From contig OZ024740.1 of the NCBI GenBank assembly GCA_964016885.1, positions 280,426,001 to 280,490,000 of the forward strand: DNA of 64,000 bases. The letters are read 5' to 3'. Of this stretch, positions 26,411 through 38,530 are shown in pieces. The notes under the pieces are model-generated. The model ran no database searches. It saw only the letters and a list, made by a program, of their open reading frames with translations, and was not told the DNA's origin. Position 1 is the first letter of the stretch. The number at the start of each line of letters is the position of its first letter. A program made the translations under genes and the position numbers. The DNA comes from Eledone cirrhosa (Eukaryota).

Positions 26411-28060
26411 AGTTCAATCTATTCAACCAACATAATATTTCACCAAAACTTTTCTTCACTAGTTCAATCTATTCAACCAGCATAATATTTCACCAAAACT
26501 ATTCTTCACTAGTTCAATCTATTCAACCAACATAATATTTCACCAAAACTATTCTTCACTAGTTCAATCTATTCAACCAACATAATATTTCACCCAAACT
26601 TTTCTTCACTAGTTCAATCTATTCAACCAGCATAATATTTCACTAAAACTATTCTTCACTAGTTCAATCTATTCAACCAGCATAATATTTCACCAAAACT
26701 ATTCTTCACTAGTTCAATCTATTCAACCAGCATAATATTTCACTAAAACTATTCTTCACTAGTTCAATCTATTCAACCAGCATAATATTTCACCAACACT
26801 ATTCTTCACTAGTTCAATCTATTCAACCAGCATAATATTTCACTAAAACTATTCTTCACTAGTTCAATCTATTCAACCAGCATAATATTTCACTAAAACT
26901 ATTCTTCACTAGTTCAATCTATTCAACCAGCATAATATTTCACCAAAACTATTCTTCACTAGTTCAATCTATTCAACCAGCATAATATTTCACCAAAACT
27001 ATTCTTCACTAGTTCAATCTATTCAACCAGCATAATATTTCACTAAAACTATTCTTCACTAGTTCAATCTATTCAACCAGCATAATATTTCACCAAAACT
27101 ATTCTTCACTAGTTCAATCTATTCAACCAGCATAATATTTCACTAAAACTATTCTTCACTAGTTCAATCTATTCAACCAGCATAATATTTCACTAAAACT
27201 ATTCTTCACTAGTTCAATCTATTCAACCAGCATAATATTTCACCAAAACTATTCTTCACTAGTTCAATCTATTCAACCAGCATAATATTTCACTAAAACT
27301 ATTCTTCACTAGTTCAATCTATTCAACCAACATAATATTTCACTAAAACTATTCTTCACTAGTTCAATCTATTCAACCAGCATAATATTTCACCAAAACT
27401 ATTCTTCACTAGTTCAATCTATTCAACCAACATAATATTTCACCAAAACTATTCTTCACTAGTTCAATCTATTCAACCAACATAATATTTCACCAAAACT
27501 ATTCTGCACTAGTTCAATCTATTCAACCAACATAATATTTCACCAAAACTATTCTTCACTAGTTCAATCTATTCAACCAACATAATATTTCACCAAAACT
27601 ATTCTTCACTAGTTCAATCTATTCAACCAACATAATATTTCACCAAAACTATTCTTCACTAGTTCAATCTATTCAACCAACATAATATTTCACCAAAACT
27701 ATTCTTCACTAGTTCAATCTATTCAACCAACATAATATTTCACCAAAACTATTCTTCACTAGTTCAATCTATTCAACCAACATAATATTTCACCAAAACT
27801 ATTCTTCACTAGTTCAATCTATTCAACCAGCATAATATTTCACCAAAACTATTCTTCACTAGTTCAATCTATTCAACCAGCATAATATTTCACTAAAACT
27901 ATTCTTCACTAGTTCAATCTATTCAACCAGCATAATATTTCACTAAAACTATTCTTCACTAGTTCAATCTATTCAACCAGCATAATATTTCACCAAAACT
28001 TTTCTTCACTAGTTCAATCTATTCAACCAGCATAATATTTCACCAAAACTTTTCTTCACT
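26411..28060 (+). repeat. Minisatellite, 33 x 50 bp
   Basis: Unit agttcaatctattcaacca[a/g]cataatatttcac[c/t]aaaact[a/t]ttcttcact; no indels and no spacers; ACTAGT at each junction. Confidence 0.97.
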
Positions 28061-28430
28061 GGGACATCAGACATAATTCGATTTTGGTTTAGCTATAGTT
28101 GACACAGTCATGATAATACGCCATCTTCGATGGCAATTCTACAAACAAAAAGATGAGTTCTATTCAATAGTGAGTGGGTCGGCAGGATTCGGTGACTCTA
28201 CGTTTCTGGCTGTCCTGGTGGTGGTCAAGTTGAGGAGAAATTTATTTTCTCGTCTTAGGTAACAGTGGTAGTTGTAATTCTCTCTCTATTTCTTCCCCCT
28301 CTCTCTTTCCTTTTTTAAAGAACATATTTTAATCAACTTACATTTTGGTGCCTTATAAATTCTTAGGTATATTTGCGGTGCTGTTTCCAAAAATGGTGTC
28401 AATTTTTCCCTACCAGATCAGATTAATTAA

Positions 28431-28610
28431 TTGTTTCTACTTTTGGCACAATCCCAGCAATTATCCCAGCGTATTACTGGTACTTTATTTTATCGACCCC
28501 GTAAGGATAAAAGGCAAAGTTAACCTTGGCGGGATTTGAACTCAGACCATAAAGGGCCGTAACTCTTTGTTGCAAAGCATGGCGTCCAACCCCCTACCGA
28601 TACTGCCAAA
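28431..28610 (-). mobile_element. tRNA-derived SINE
   Basis: Same family as 9812. Confidence 0.8.
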
Positions 28611-28895
28611 TTAATGATATGCTATTTTAATAAAAAATGGTAATATTAATATTTATAATACATTACACATGCTATTAAAAAAATCCAATTTACTATCTTA
28701 GGTTATTTCCACATAAAAGCTCTTAGTGTGCATTGCATTTGAATCTACAGTAATCAACTGAAAAATAAACATAAACCATAAAATAACCTGTCATTCAACA
28801 GAAACAAATATTTTACAGGACTTCTAGAGTGAGATGTAGCAGAACAGTCCTGTTGAAGGTTCTAGCAGTCCCCCGTCATTATGTATGTATTTCAA

Positions 28896-29040
28896 GGGCG
28901 GTGGATTGGCAGTTTCAGTATAGCTTCGGACATCATGCTTCACGGCATCAAGTTAGGGCCCTTTACGTTCTGAGTTCAGATCCCGCTGAGGTTAACTCTG
29001 TCTTTCCTCTTTACGGGGTCGATAAAATAAAGTACCAGTA
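28896..29040 (+). mobile_element. tRNA-derived SINE, 3'-truncated
   Basis: gggcggtggattggcag...gagttcagatccc...ggggtcgataaaataaagtacc. Confidence 0.75.
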
Positions 29041-29312
29041 TCCAAATGAAGTCATTCCCCGTGTTCTGCGCTTACATATAATATTTTCAGATAATGTTTT
29101 CTAAATACCATTGACATATGTTCAGGTGTAGGCTATCTTTATCGCTCCTGTTAATATAATGTAAACACCATTGTATATGTTTTAAAATAGACTAATCTAA
29201 CTTTATGAAGTATGCCCTAACTTATCATTAATTTAGGTAAAGTTATATAAGTGTAGGTAAAGTAAGCTGAGATTAGGTTATTTATAAAAATTACAAATTA
29301 AATCATTTGTTT

Positions 29313-29390
29313 TTGCTATTAGGTGAACATCTTGCTATTAGGTGAAAATCTTGCCATTAGGTGAAAATCTTTGCTATTAGGTGAAAATCT
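29313..29390 (+). repeat. ~19-bp tandem repeat x4
   Basis: ttgctattaggtgaaaatc repeated with small variations. Confidence 0.8.
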
Positions 29391-30199
29391 AAATTAAAGC
29401 AAAAAGAACAACAGTAACAAAAACAAAAAGCAGAATTACATAACACGTTAATATGACTGTTATAAAAAAACAAAAACATTTTCTTTGATTTCTCTAACAT
29501 CTTTAATTTGTGGCCTAATTAATTTGAAAAAAATGTTCAAAGAGTTTTATGGGTTTTATCATATTCATTCATTAAAATATCACTAGCAATTGATGTTCAG
29601 TGAACTATGTGCTTTAATTATAATAATAGCGGCTCCACCTTATTGCATTGAATCGAAACAGAAGAACAATGCACGACGATATGACGCCTGATGCCAAGAT
29701 GGCTTCGCCAGAATTATCATTGTTAATTATTAATCGCCTACTTTAGAAAAAATGTTTTGATTGCAAGGTTACCAGTACGTTTTATTGTTGTAAATCACTT
29801 GATTGAAAATTTCGATTTCTTATGAAAAAATACCCCAATATCTGAAAGTAAGTTAGAAAAAAATATACTATTGCAACATTTATCGTAAGTACTTAAAGCA
29901 CATTTTTGAAAACCAGGACTGAAACTTTTAGAATTGTTAAATATCAACTGACAATAAACTTTGTGAGGTATTTTGAAACGTTTGTATTACATCTGGTAAT
30001 TTTTCAGTGATCCTATTCAGATAACCTGAAATCAAACACCACGTTCAATTGCAGACATAAAAAGCTATCTACATTGGTTTTATTTCATCATAACCATATT
30101 TTTGTTTACAAAGAATGAACTGTTACCTGTTTAAAATTTGGTGTTATACAATTATCTATATTGAAAAAAATTGAAGATTTAAGGGCGATTTGAGCTTTA

Positions 30200-31520
30200 A
30201 ATCTTTAATTTTGACAGCAATCCGGCACAACCGCATGACTGAAAAGCAATTTTGTTCCACAATGCAACATTTTCGGAGGCTCTAGTTTTTTGAAGGCTGA
30301 AAGTTATCACCAGATTGGAAACCCAGTCCGAAAGTTTACAAATATCAGGTAGAACTGTTAAATCGAGCGAGATATTTAGTCTACCACCCAATAACACAAA
30401 CTATTTACAGATGATCCTTCAAATAATTTCAATAATTTCTATTAGAACACGTAACTGGGGATGTAATAATCCAAAGAAGTATATTTTCTAACAATCCCTA
30501 AAATATTTCTTGTCGTTATTTCTGTTTTCACAAGGACACAGTATGAAGAAGTATGTTATATATATATTCAAACGTTTCTTCACGAACAGACATTTGAGTA
30601 AACACTGGTGAGGGATACATGAAAATAGATCTCCAATATATTTATTTAGTTTTACGGAACCTGTGGTCACAGAAAAGGGAGATGGGCTCAAGGTATTGGA
30701 TGGGGTGAATACTAACAACATTACTATTGAGATATTAGAAATAAGAGGTCGATAATTGGCTGGGTCAAAGAGGTTGCCTTTCTTGAGATCGGACACATTT
30801 TAGAATGTTTCTTAAGATAAGGCTATATTCTGGTATGTTTGGCGAAGATAGAGCTTGCTCTCGAATGTATTCGTGTTTGTGGAGGGATCTTGTCAGGACA
30901 GTGGCCGTTTTGGTTTGAAATGACATATATACATATACGCCAAGTGTATGTAAATATGATGTTGAGAATGGCAGGCTGGAGTATAAAAGCTTTACTGAGT
31001 GTGTAGAGTCAGATGCGAATTACGGTAACATTCTCTGCAGGAATACTACTTGCAGCGTAGTCATAATAGAAGAGTGGTGAGTTGATAGAACAGGAATAGT
31101 CGGTAGAGATCCGTTTAACTCAGAAGTATTGCTTGTGATTTGGGAATCCGGAAATATTGTAGGCTCTATGATACACAAAAGTGTCCTTTGATTTACTGAT
31201 TTACGGACGGTAGTCTTTCAAGAGTTGTGGTAATGAACAAAAGGTTCACAGTTGGTCGGGCGTGTGATTGTTTTGCCAGGCGTTGTAGGCAGTATATATA
31301 GCCGTTATGGCTATTGTGCAATTTGCATTTGAGCGTTGCTTATATGAGACATATGAATGAATATATCTAAAGGGTTGGTTTCAGTTACCAACGAATTAGC
31401 TAACTTGAAGTGCCTTGAGTCTTTATGGTTGAGCACTGTGTTATATGTGAGAAGGGAAATTCTAATCTGTGTCTGGTTAGTCCATCAGGCGATTCGATAA
31501 GGTCAGAGACGGTGTTTAGA
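30200..31520 (-). mobile_element. Highly decayed CR1/Jockey-group LINE relic
   Basis: KKGNLFDPANYRPL..ISIVM and a PDKIPP-like motif near 30890; many stop codons. Confidence 0.45.
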
Positions 31521-32380
31521 GTGTATATGTGTCTGTCTACGTGTAGTGAATAGTACATCTACTCCTTTTTGTATTCTCAATCACTTTTAGGTGACTTGAC
31601 AGAAACGTAATTTCTATTATTTTGGATTAAAATCCAGTCGCGGTGAACTTTGCCTTTCATCATCCCGATGTAGACAAATAAAGTTCCAATCTAAAGATGC
31701 AATCGGACGGGATGGTTTGTGACACTTGATTTTGCATTCTGAGTTTAAATTTCATTGGGGGTCTTCTTGAGTAGACATCACCCCTTAACCATTTGTAACT
31801 TGAGCGGAGTTTTCACTCTGTTGTAAGCATTCAGGCTTGGTGTTTTCCCTGAAAATGCTTCTTGCCATCCTTCTCAGTATAGCTGCACAACTAAGCAATA
31901 TAAAATTGAATATATTCCTTCCCAGCTTTGAAAATTTAGAATAACATTTTGAAAAAGAATTGAAATATCTGTTGTAGGAATTTAATATAAGAATAGAAAA
32001 AAAACAAACAAAAACAAAAAGAACACGCTAAAGAATTAATGGTAACAAGAATTTTGCTTAAAAGGATTCTGTTTGAACACTAAATATTTCAATTAGAAAA
32101 AATGTATTTACCATCATGAAAATTGATGATAATCAAAAATTCTTTGTTTTGGGTTTGGTACAAAGTCATTGTTTGTTTGTTGCTCGATATTAAATTGAGT
32201 TGTTAATATAAATTAAATATCTCTCGATCTTAAAAATAAAATACAATATATAATTATAAAACAATACATTCCTTCTTGTGACTACGTGATGTTAAAATAT
32301 ATTGTACCACGTCCGATCGCTAATTTTACAACTTCAACATTTACAGAACTTTTCGTTTTATTATTATTTTTAATAGAAAA

Positions 32381-32520
32381 GGGCGGTGGATTAGTTGTGT
32401 CGGTAGAGCGTCGGACAACATGTTTTGTAGCCTATAGTTACGGACTATATGTTCTACGTTTACATCCTGCTGAGGTCAACTTTGACTTTCATCCTTACGA
32501 AGGTCGATAAAATAAAGTAT
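32381..32520 (+). mobile_element. Diverged tRNA-derived SINE
   Basis: gggcggtggattag...gaggtcaactttgactttcatccttacgaaggtcgataaaataaagta. Confidence 0.7.
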
Positions 32521-32614
32521 AAGTAAGGCAAAGAGCAGGAAACCACCTTACGTGTGATATTGATGGACGAGAGAAAGAGTACTCAATATCGAGTTTAAGG
32601 AGTAGTCTTGTTAC

Positions 32615-32692
<78 letters not shown>

Positions 32693-32708
32693 GTCTATCT
32701 ACGTATCT

Positions 32709-34688
32709 CAGGTCCATACACGACAACCTCCACCTCATACGATACATCGTAGAGAGGGTGGGGTGTGAACCCGGCTTCAGTGGGGCACTGATAAATTTGG
32801 ATCAGTCTAAGGCATTCGATAGAGTCGACCATCGTTACCTGGATGCGGTGCTCGCGGCGGCAGGCTTCGGACCCGTGTTCAGGAGCTGGATTGCTGCCAT
32901 GCACAGCAGCAACATCTGCTCAAGAGTCAAGGTGAATGGCTACCTCTCGGAGCCGTTCCAAATTACGCGATCCATCCGTCAGGGATGCCCTCTGTCCTCC
33001 CTTCTGTACGTACTTACTCTCGAGCCACTACTGCGAAAGTTGGAGCTACTGCAAGGCATCCCGTTAGAACCTGGACTGCAAAAAGCGGCGTCGGCCTACA
33101 CCGACGACGTGATAGTAATGGTGTCGAGCACCTCGCAAATCGCGGAGGTCGGCACCTTACTGAAGGAATACGAAAGGTTCACAGGAGCGAAGCTGAATCG
33201 GGACAAGTCCGTCGGTTTGCAACTCGGATCGTGGAAAGGCAAACCGATGCCTTCCGACGGCGTCGTCGGACGCTGGACGGAGGAACCGGTGAAGCTGCTC
33301 GGGGTCTGTTTCGGACCGGACCTCCAGGTGGATAAAATTTGGAACGAGGTGACGGCCAAGGTGTTTGCGCTCGCCCAGAAGTGGGCCGAATGCAACCTAT
33401 CCTTGAAAGGTCGAGCGGAGGTGGCGAACGCTTTCATAGCGTCCGTAATCTACTACCGCTTGACCGTCGTACCTTGTCCAAGTAAAACGCTCACCAAAAT
33501 GGAGCGCGCATTTTGGAAGAAGTGGGCTCCTTTGGTGAGAAGATCCATCTGCTGTCAACACCCTTCAAACGGGGCTGGGGATGCCGTGGATGACGATGCA
33601 CAAACACGCACTCAGGCTGCGGCACCTCCACGTATTCCTCACCGAACAACCGGTGTGGGCCCCGTTCGTGAGGTGAGCCTTCCCGTGACTCGTCACGCTG
33701 ACCGAGCTGCAGTCCTGGGTCAAGAAAAGACAGAGTAAAATGAGCTACTGGCACATTAAATGTGCTCAGGCGCTCACACTCCTCTGGCAAACGGACCCGG
33801 CGATCAGTGGAGATTCCACCTCGTCATTCTATAGACGGCTAGTCCGCAGCAAGTACGACGACACTCTCGGAGAAACTCTAGACGAAGAGGAAGACGAACT
33901 GGCCAGTCTGTTCGGTAGGACCTTCCGACCGGGACCGATGGACAATTTCCCAAAGTCCCTGGCCTGGCAGTGCTACCAAGGAGCTCTACCTGTTCGAGAC
34001 AAGCTCTACAGACACGGGTGCCCGGGCAGGATCCCTCGAAAAAGATGATCTGTCGCGCACGCATTCGTACACTTTCCGGGCGTTACCGACCTGTGGAGCT
34101 ACGCAGAAAGACTACTGTCGCGGGTGGGACAAATCCGGTTGACCACCGACTCCATTATTGCGATCAAACCGCCACCTTCCTTCAGAAACGAAAGAGAAGC
34201 GGTTTTCCTCTGTGTATTGGCTATGGTGAAAGAGGCTATATGGTGGACGAGACTGAAAGGGCTGAGGTCAGACACCTTTTTCTCCGGCGAACAACTGGTT
34301 CGCTTCTTCAAATATCATTTTAGAAAAAGAATCAGAGTGGAGAGAGAGGCGCTGCACCCCAGCAAATTTTACGAAAGGCGGGTGACTGTGGCAAGGATGG
34401 CCCGAGTAGTTGGGCCTTCTCTTTATATAAGCCTGTACGTCGAGGAAGAAGAGGAAGAGAGGAGGGCCTGCTCGCTCTTCGTGCTCCTGGAGATGAGGGT
34501 TGTACATTTTTTTATTCGGGGTGTGTGCAACCTATTTGTAACGCCTCCCTCCTTTGGGGGATTTCGTTTGTTTTATTGATCATTTTTGTTATACATTTTT
34601 ACACGCCTTGTATGTAAACTCCCCAATTGTATTTGTCCCCATCTTTTGCGCCCTTGTGGCAAATAAAGAAATATATCTATCTATCTGT

Positions 34689-34743
<55 letters not shown>
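32709..34743 (+). mobile_element. 5'-truncated Tx1/L1-clade LINE inserted in a (TATC)n microsatellite
   Basis: RT motifs RSIHDNLHLIR, LDQSKAFDRVDH, RQGCPLS, AYTDDV, LSLKGR; C-terminal AWQCYQGALPVRDKL and KEAIWWTR; 3' end cccttgtggcaaataaagaaat plus (TATC)n tail; TSD tctatctacgtatct (32694-32708 / 34744-34758). Confidence 0.85.
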
Positions 34744-34751
<8 letters not shown>

Positions 34752-34753
34752 CG

Positions 34754-34855
<102 letters not shown>

Positions 34856-35769
34856 GAGAGAGTCTAACTTGATGCATGATAGCCAAATTTAATTTTAACA
34901 CAGAAGGCCTCAAATGTTGAGCCGATAAAGCAAACTGCAACATTAGAATCAATATTTCTCTATAGTTCATTATACCGTAATGTTACATTGAACACATAGA
35001 TACATAGGGTAGTGGATATCAAAATAAGGAGAACCTTTAATAAAGTACATTATCGTATTTCTTTTACGTTATTCTTCAAAACCGAGTGTGTGTTGTCTGT
35101 TGTCCTTCAAATTATCCGTCAAGTATTAAGGCCGATATAACTGACTTAATCCTTGTAGATGGTTCCCTAGCTTTGGTAACAGTCCAGTAACTAAAAAGAA
35201 TTTAGAATATTATATTAATATAAAATCTGTGAGACATCAGTTTACTTTACGTCAATATCGTAGATGTTTATAATTCAGCAGTCTTAAATTTATCACGAGA
35301 TTTCATTTCTAAACAGTGTCAACGCTGTGTGTGTCCAGTGTATTTATTTTATTTCCATGGTGTTGTTTTGCTTTGAGAACACTGAACATAATATATGCGT
35401 AGTGCATATTCAATTATAAAAGCCAAGTACTGAGAGGGTTTAATAGACTTAATTCTTAGGCGGCGAATTCACAGAGCCGTTAGAGCGTAGGACAGCATGT
35501 CTTCTGATGTTTCGACACACTGTTCTTAGAGGTCAATTCTGGTTGGAGTAAATTTTACTTTTTATTATCTCGGGGCTGGTAGAGTAAATTAGATGCCCAG
35601 AGTAGTGGGTTAGTGAGATTGTTAGAGAGGCGGTTTAGATGATATGTAGTAGTAGTTCTGGCTTTTTTCATTCCGAGTTATTGGAGAATACACATAATCT
35701 ATCACCCGGTTTAACATCAATACCTGGTTCTTGGATGATTTTAATTGAGCTCACTCTATTGCAGTATGG

Positions 35770-35915
35770 AGGCGCGTGGTCAAGTGGTAAGGGTGTTGGA
35801 CTTGCGATCATAATGCCATGGGTTCGATTCCTGGACTGGGTTGTGTGTTGTGTTCTTGAGCTAAATACTTCATTTAATTTTGCTCCCGTATACTCAGTTG
35901 AAAATGAGTACCAGC
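35770..35915 (+). mobile_element. Second tRNA-derived SINE family
   Basis: A box tggtcaagtgg; B box gggttcgattcc; body gttgtgttcttgagc; related copies near 46430-46515 and 57320-57430. Confidence 0.6.
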
Positions 35916-36161
35916 AATAGCTGTCCCGGGGGAAGTCTTGTACTCTCAGTCGCTTAACACCACGGAAAGCAGGATAAACACCGGCCTGATGAGACTTTAG
36001 ATTATATTGCAGGCAATTGGTTCAAGTTTCTAGTTTGAGGATAATTTCTTCCTTCCTCTTACCAATCACGGGTGCCCCGAACATATGGGACACGGGTATT
36101 GTCTTTCCTTCCTAATCACCGTCAAAACCACCACCACCACCACCACTACTACTTCTACTAC

Positions 36162-36202
<41 letters not shown>

Positions 36203-36729
36203 AATATGTCAATTTACGATTTAAATACGGTGTCAACCTTTCTTTTAATACTTCAGTGTCGGGAAATACGTAGCAGCTAAATATTGGAGGAAATTTAATC
36301 GTCTGCGCCCTTACATAACATTTGTGACCTTGTCGCAATGTTAGAAATCAATATCATTAATTATTTTTTTTTACTATTTACTACACCAAATAATGTCAGA
36401 GTAGTGTATGTAAAAATTCAAATATGTTCCAAAGAAACTAAAGTCAAAGTCAACTTGGAATAATCAAGTGACGAAACCAAATACTGAGAAGTATTTAACT
36501 GTTTCTGACAACTCCTCTTAGAATATAATTAATGTAAATGAATGTGAGTAAACTAGATTATTATGGTATTACGTCTCTGAATTCAAGTTCTACCAGGTTT
36601 AACTTTGACGTAATTTTTTTTTACTCTCTAAATTTGATAAAGAACTTAATTTTTAAGTCTATGTAAATGAGAATATTATTGCACCCACTCCACACACATG
36701 TATGTATGTATGTATGTGTGTATGTATGT

Positions 36730-36836
36730 TCGTCTGGTTTTATAATTTCAGAAAGTTTTACCAATAGAGAGAGAGTCGGTTTCTAACATAGACACAAGAC
36801 TCTCTCATTGGAATTTACACAACATCAACTAGGTAG

Positions 36837-36867
<31 letters not shown>

Positions 36868-38349
36868 TGTATGTATGTATGTATGTATGTATGTATGTAT
36901 GTATGTTCTTCTGGTTTTATAATTTCACAAAGTTTTACCAATAGAGAGAGAGTCGGTTTCTAACATAGACACAAGACTCTCTCATTGGAATTTACACAAC
37001 ATCAACTAGGTAGATATGTATGTATGCATGCATGTGTAGATATGGATGTTATTGTATGTGTGGATGTGTATGTTTTGAGTTGTATGTGTGCATGTGTATA
37101 TGCTTTGTATCTGTACATGTGTATATGCAGTTATTAGATGCAAAATCTTTGGAATGTTTTACATATTTTTACTGTTCCATTAATGGATTGTACTTGTAAT
37201 TTCATAACTAGTTGTGTTCTTTCTGTTCCTGTGAAGGCTAGCTTCTCAAGATTTGTATTGAGGCAGTTACTAACATATCCCAGTGCCCCAATAATCACAG
37301 GCATAAATCTGAAGGTGTAATCAGGGTGGAGTATCTGCAGATTTCTCATCAGTTCTGCATAAATATTCTCCTTTTCACTAATCTTTGATATTATATTGGC
37401 ATCTGCTGGGCAGCTAATTTGCACTACTGTGCATGTTTTCTTCTCCCTGTCCCATATCATAATATCTGGTCTGTTATGCCTGCATTTTATTGGGGTTTTT
37501 ACTGGAACATTCCACCAGTACTCTTTCATATTATGTACATGGATGTCTTCCACATTGCTGTAGCTTTTAATGTGTTTATTATCGGGGCTATTTCTTTACG
37601 AACTGCATTGTACAGTGTTTTGGCCACTACATCATGCCTCATAGGTAGATAGTACCGCGATGACATCTTTGGGCAGCTGCTGATGACATGGGTGATATCC
37701 TCGATGTTAGTTCTGCAGAGTCTGCACTTGTTATCACATCTAGGTGTTTTGCCTGCATCCCTATCTCTTTTGTGAATCAGGTATTTCGTGCTAATCTCCT
37801 GTTCTTGGATTGCAAAAGCGTATCCTTCAAAGTGGGAGCCAATATAGCGGTTGTTGGTCCAAGATAGACTACTTTCCTTATCTACATTACTCTCACTTTG
37901 GAGCTTCCTGGCAACATATCCATGCATGATTTTTTGCTGATAAGCATGCAGTTTTTCATCCATGTATTCACTGCGATACTGCTGAGCGACATCCTTGGGT
38001 GTGAGTTTTTGATTATCACACAGGGAATATCTCTCAAGGAGTTCCTTCCCAACTCTCATGATCTTATCTGTTTCATGCAGATAGACTTGCTCGAGAAGCG
38101 GGCTCCTACGCTTCGAGGTTCGTAGATGTTGTCGGAGAGATATGATGCGGTATTCAAATGTTGTCTGGACTGCTTACGTTTCAAGTAAAGGCGGTCTATG
38201 TCACTGTTGATGTGGAAGTTTTCGGTGTTGTTCAGTATTTTTCGAGTTCCAACATCAACTGCTCGGATTTCATCTATAATCCAATTGAGTATTCCAAAGG
38301 TTGGTGTTAGGACAGGCACAGCAAACACATTGTGAGCCACTGTTTTGTT
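36730..38349 (-). mobile_element. 5'-truncated R4/Dong-clade non-LTR retrotransposon with duplicated 3' end, in (CATA)n
   Basis: FAIQEQEI.T, CRLC...HVISSCPK...RHD, YWWN, NRPDI.IWD, ISCPAD, PVIIGALG; 3' UTR block present twice (36733-36840 and 36911-37018), separated by (TATG)n. Confidence 0.85.
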
Positions 38350-38350
38350 T

Positions 38351-38530
38351 TGTATGTATGTATGTATGTATGTATGTATGTATGTATGTATGTATGTATG
38401 TATGTATGTATGTATGTATGTATGTATGTATGTATGTATGTATGTATGTATGTATGTGTGTGTATGTGTGTGTGTATGTGTGTATGTATGTATGTATGTA
38501 TGTATGTATGTATGTATGTATGTATGTATG
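38351..38530 (+). repeat. (TATG)n microsatellite separating the two R4-type elements
   Basis: Direct reading. Confidence 0.95.

Noticed and set aside
26411-28060. CRISPR-like regular array
   Set aside because: Units are contiguous 50-mers differing only by SNPs; no unique spacers, no cas genes, eukaryotic context.
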